Shown piece after piece: positions 62,284-64,000 of a stretch of DNA of 64,000 nt. This DNA is from an uncultured bacterium (GTDB lineage Bacteria; Eisenbacteria; RBG-16-71-46; CAIMUX01; WJJG01). The stretch lies in NCBI GenBank assembly GCA_964612295.1, contig CAZTDY010000005.1, positions 1 to 64,000 of the forward strand. Direction: 5' to 3'. Within the stretch, counting starts at the first letter, position 1, and every line of letters begins with the position of its first letter. Made by a program: the position numbers and the translations under genes. The notes beneath the pieces were generated by a model. That model worked only from the letters and a program-made list of their open reading frames with translations, had not been told where the DNA came from and searched no databases.

Positions 62284-64000
62284 TTGACCCGCTGGGCCTA
62301 CCCTGCGTTGATCGCAGGCGTCGGACTCCTGCTCCGCCTGCTCTTCATCCTCGAGGTGAAGAGCCACCCCCTGGTGCAGACCACGACCGCGGATCCCCGC
62401 GTGTATGACGAACGGGCTCTCGAGATACTCCGCGGCACGTGGTTGGGGACGGAGGTGTTTTTCCACAGCAGTCCTCTCTACCCCTATCTGCTGGCGGGGA
62501 TCTACGCGATCTTCGGACACAGCTATCTTGCGGTTCGCATCATCCAGTCCCTGGCCGGGGTCGGCACAGCGCTGCTGATCTATGCGATCGCCAGTCGGGT
62601 CCTGGGGCGCTGGGAGGGGCGGATCGCCGGCCTGCTGGCCGCGGTCTACATGCCGTTCATCTTCTTTGATTCAGAACTCCTCATGATCACGCTCGTGATC
62701 CTCGCGACCCTGTTCGCGCTCTATTTCATCCTCGATGAGAACAGGCGATCACGGCCGGGTTGGATGCTCTTGGCGGGGCTCTGTCTCGGGATCGGCGCGC
62801 TCGGAAAACCGAACCTCCTGCTCTTCGTGCCGGTGGTGATCGTCTGGATGCTCTGGAGGGCGGGCAGCGCACGAAAGACGCGCGAGATGCGCCTGGCCGC
62901 GCTGGGGCTGGTCGCGGGCGTGGTCATCGCGGTGGCGCCCTTCACGATCAGCAACATGATCATCGCCGATGATTTTGTGCTGACCTCCTCGAACGGCGGG
63001 ATCAACTTCTACATCGGCAACAACGAGGAGGCCCGCGGGACCTTTCAAATCGATCACCGGATGCGCACCGATCTCTACGGTGGCTCCAAACGAATCGCCG
63101 AGGAGGCGCTCGGGCGGGAACTCAAGCCCTCGGGCGTCTCCCGCTACTGGTTCGATCAAGGTTTCGAGTATCTCACCTCCCATCCCTGGCAGGCCATGCA
63201 ACTCTGGGGCCGGAAGTTCCTTCTGTTCTGGAACCGGGTCGAGATCCCGAATCACTACAGCATTCCGTTTTTCGAGGAGTTCTCGCGGGTCCTCAGGTGG
63301 AACCCGGTCGGGTTCAGTTTTCTTGTGCCCTTGGCTGTCACCGGGATTGCAGTCGCCTGGCGCCGTTCGCGGGAGACGGTCCTGCTCGTCCTGTTTGGGG
63401 CGACCTACCTCGTGTCGCTGTTGCCGTTCTTCGTGACCTCGCGCTATCGGCTGCCCGTGGTGCCCATCCTGATCTTCTTCGCGGGGGCGGGCGTCGTTTG
63501 GTTGTTCGAGCTTCTGCGCAAACGGAAGCAGATCCACCGACGGCTCGTGCCGCTCCTTCTGCTTCATCTGGCAATCGCGGTTTCCCACCTGCCGCTCATC
63601 GATCTGAGCCACGCGCACCAGTACTCGCTGCTCGGCAGCGTGCACCGCGATCGTGGGGAGTACCCGCAGGCGGCCCACGCCTATCGCCAGGCGATCGCCG
63701 AAGCGCCCGAGGATGATTCCGCCCACCTCAACCTGGGGTCGGTGCTGGGGCGGATGCGCCGCTACGAGGAGGCCGAGAAGGTTCTTCTTGAAGCCCGGAA
63801 TCTCAATCCGGCGGTGGCGGCCACGCACAGCAACCTGGGGACCGTCTATCTGCAGACCGGGCGATTGGATCAGGCGGCTGCATCACTCGAGCAAGCCGCC
63901 CGTCTCAATCGCGACCATCGCCCGGCCTGGGAGAACCTACTTCGTCTCAGCACCGAGCGAGACGATTGGCAGAGTGGGGTGCGCGCCTGCCGGGAACTGC
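62284..64000 (+). CDS. GT39/PMT-family (ArnT-like) membrane glycosyltransferase with C-terminal TPR repeats. Partial at its 3' end; it runs off the window.
   Basis: This ORF is absent from the supplied track because it has no stop before the window ends. Translation gives multiple TM helices ('LIAGVGLLLRLLFIL', 'LLMITLVILATLFALYFIL') and TPR motifs 'AHAYRQAIAEAPEDDSAHLNLGSVL', 'HSNLGTVYLQTGRLDQAAASLEQAARL'. TTG start with SD GGGTGGG. Confidence 0.65.
   Translation, partial: MTRWAYPALIAGVGLLLRLLFILEVKSHPLVQTTTADPRVYDERALEILRGTWLGTEVFFHSSPLYPYLLAGIYAIFGHSYLAVRIIQSLAGVGTALLIYAIASRVLGRWEGRIAGLLAAVYMPFIFFDSELLMITLVILATLFALYFILDENRRSRPGWMLLAGLCLGIGALGKPNLLLFVPVVIVWMLWRAGSARKTREMRLAALGLVAGVVIAVAPFTISNMIIADDFVLTSSNGGINFYIGNNEEARGTFQIDHRMRTDLYGGSKRIAEEALGRELKPSGVSRYWFDQGFEYLTSHPWQAMQLWGRKFLLFWNRVEIPNHYSIPFFEEFSRVLRWNPVGFSFLVPLAVTGIAVAWRRSRETVLLVLFGATYLVSLLPFFVTSRYRLPVVPILIFFAGAGVVWLFELLRKRKQIHRRLVPLLLLHLAIAVSHLPLIDLSHAHQYSLLGSVHRDRGEYPQAAHAYRQAIAEAPEDDSAHLNLGSVLGRMRRYEEAEKVLLEARNLNPAVAATHSNLGTVYLQTGRLDQAAASLEQAARLNRDHRPAWENLLRLSTERDDWQSGVRACREL

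Noticed and set aside
1-64000. CRISPR arrays, rRNA genes, IS elements and integrases.
   Set aside because: No regularly spaced direct repeats, no rRNA-like conserved stretches, and no transposase- or integrase-like ORFs were seen anywhere in the window.

Overview
This is a high-GC (about 65%) bacterial window with dense gene content on both strands. Many of the secreted proteins end in a short conserved tail of the type IX secretion system (T9SS) sorting-domain / FlgD-Ig-like kind (for example '...GxYxxRL....R'). That points to an organism in the FCB group, possibly Gemmatimonadota- or Eisenbacteria-like.

Three regions stand out.

(A) An RNA-repair / ADP-ribose-processing island at 234..15321. 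It carries a NADAR-domain protein, an SPFH (band-7) protein, an RlaP-like nucleotidyltransferase, a CCA-adding enzyme, a DEDDh 3'-5' exonuclease, a bacterial PARG-like macrodomain protein with the 'GGG-X8-QEE' signature, and an ATP-dependent RNA ligase. It is bracketed by two atypical ClpB-like double-AAA+ ATPases. The second is membrane-anchored and carries a C-terminal module resembling class-I release-factor domains 2/4 but lacking the GGQ loop. This is my best candidate for an undescribed system: a ribosome- or RNA-damage-responsive unfoldase coupled to RNA end healing and sealing.

(B) A run of large T9SS cargo proteins at 16.4..46.4 kb. These include two beta-propeller proteins, a papain-family (peptidase C1) protease, two adjacent giant proteins combining lamin-tail domains (LTD) with CotH domains, a class-II glutamine-amidotransferase-like Ntn hydrolase, and a tandem pair of metallophosphoesterase / 5'-nucleotidase-like lipoproteins. 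Each of that pair has an in-frame TGA at the same position, followed by a conserved hairpin. They are either selenoprotein candidates or split genes. An NAD-salvage pncA-pncB pair and a VTC-domain/DUF4956 polyphosphate pair also lie in this stretch.

(C) A complete minus-strand type II secretion / type IV pilus-like (T2SS/T4P) apparatus at 46.4..57.8 kb: secretin, PilP/O/N/M-like proteins, five pseudopilins, and the GspF and GspE homologues. Immediately upstream sits a signalling module: histidine kinase, CheY-like receiver, an HD-GYP phosphodiesterase with a GAF domain, and a STAS protein.

No CRISPR array, rRNA gene or canonical tRNA gene was found. One tRNA-like element (T-arm plus an encoded CCA) lies in a 780-bp non-coding gap. 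Several long antisense ORFs typical of high-GC DNA were rejected.
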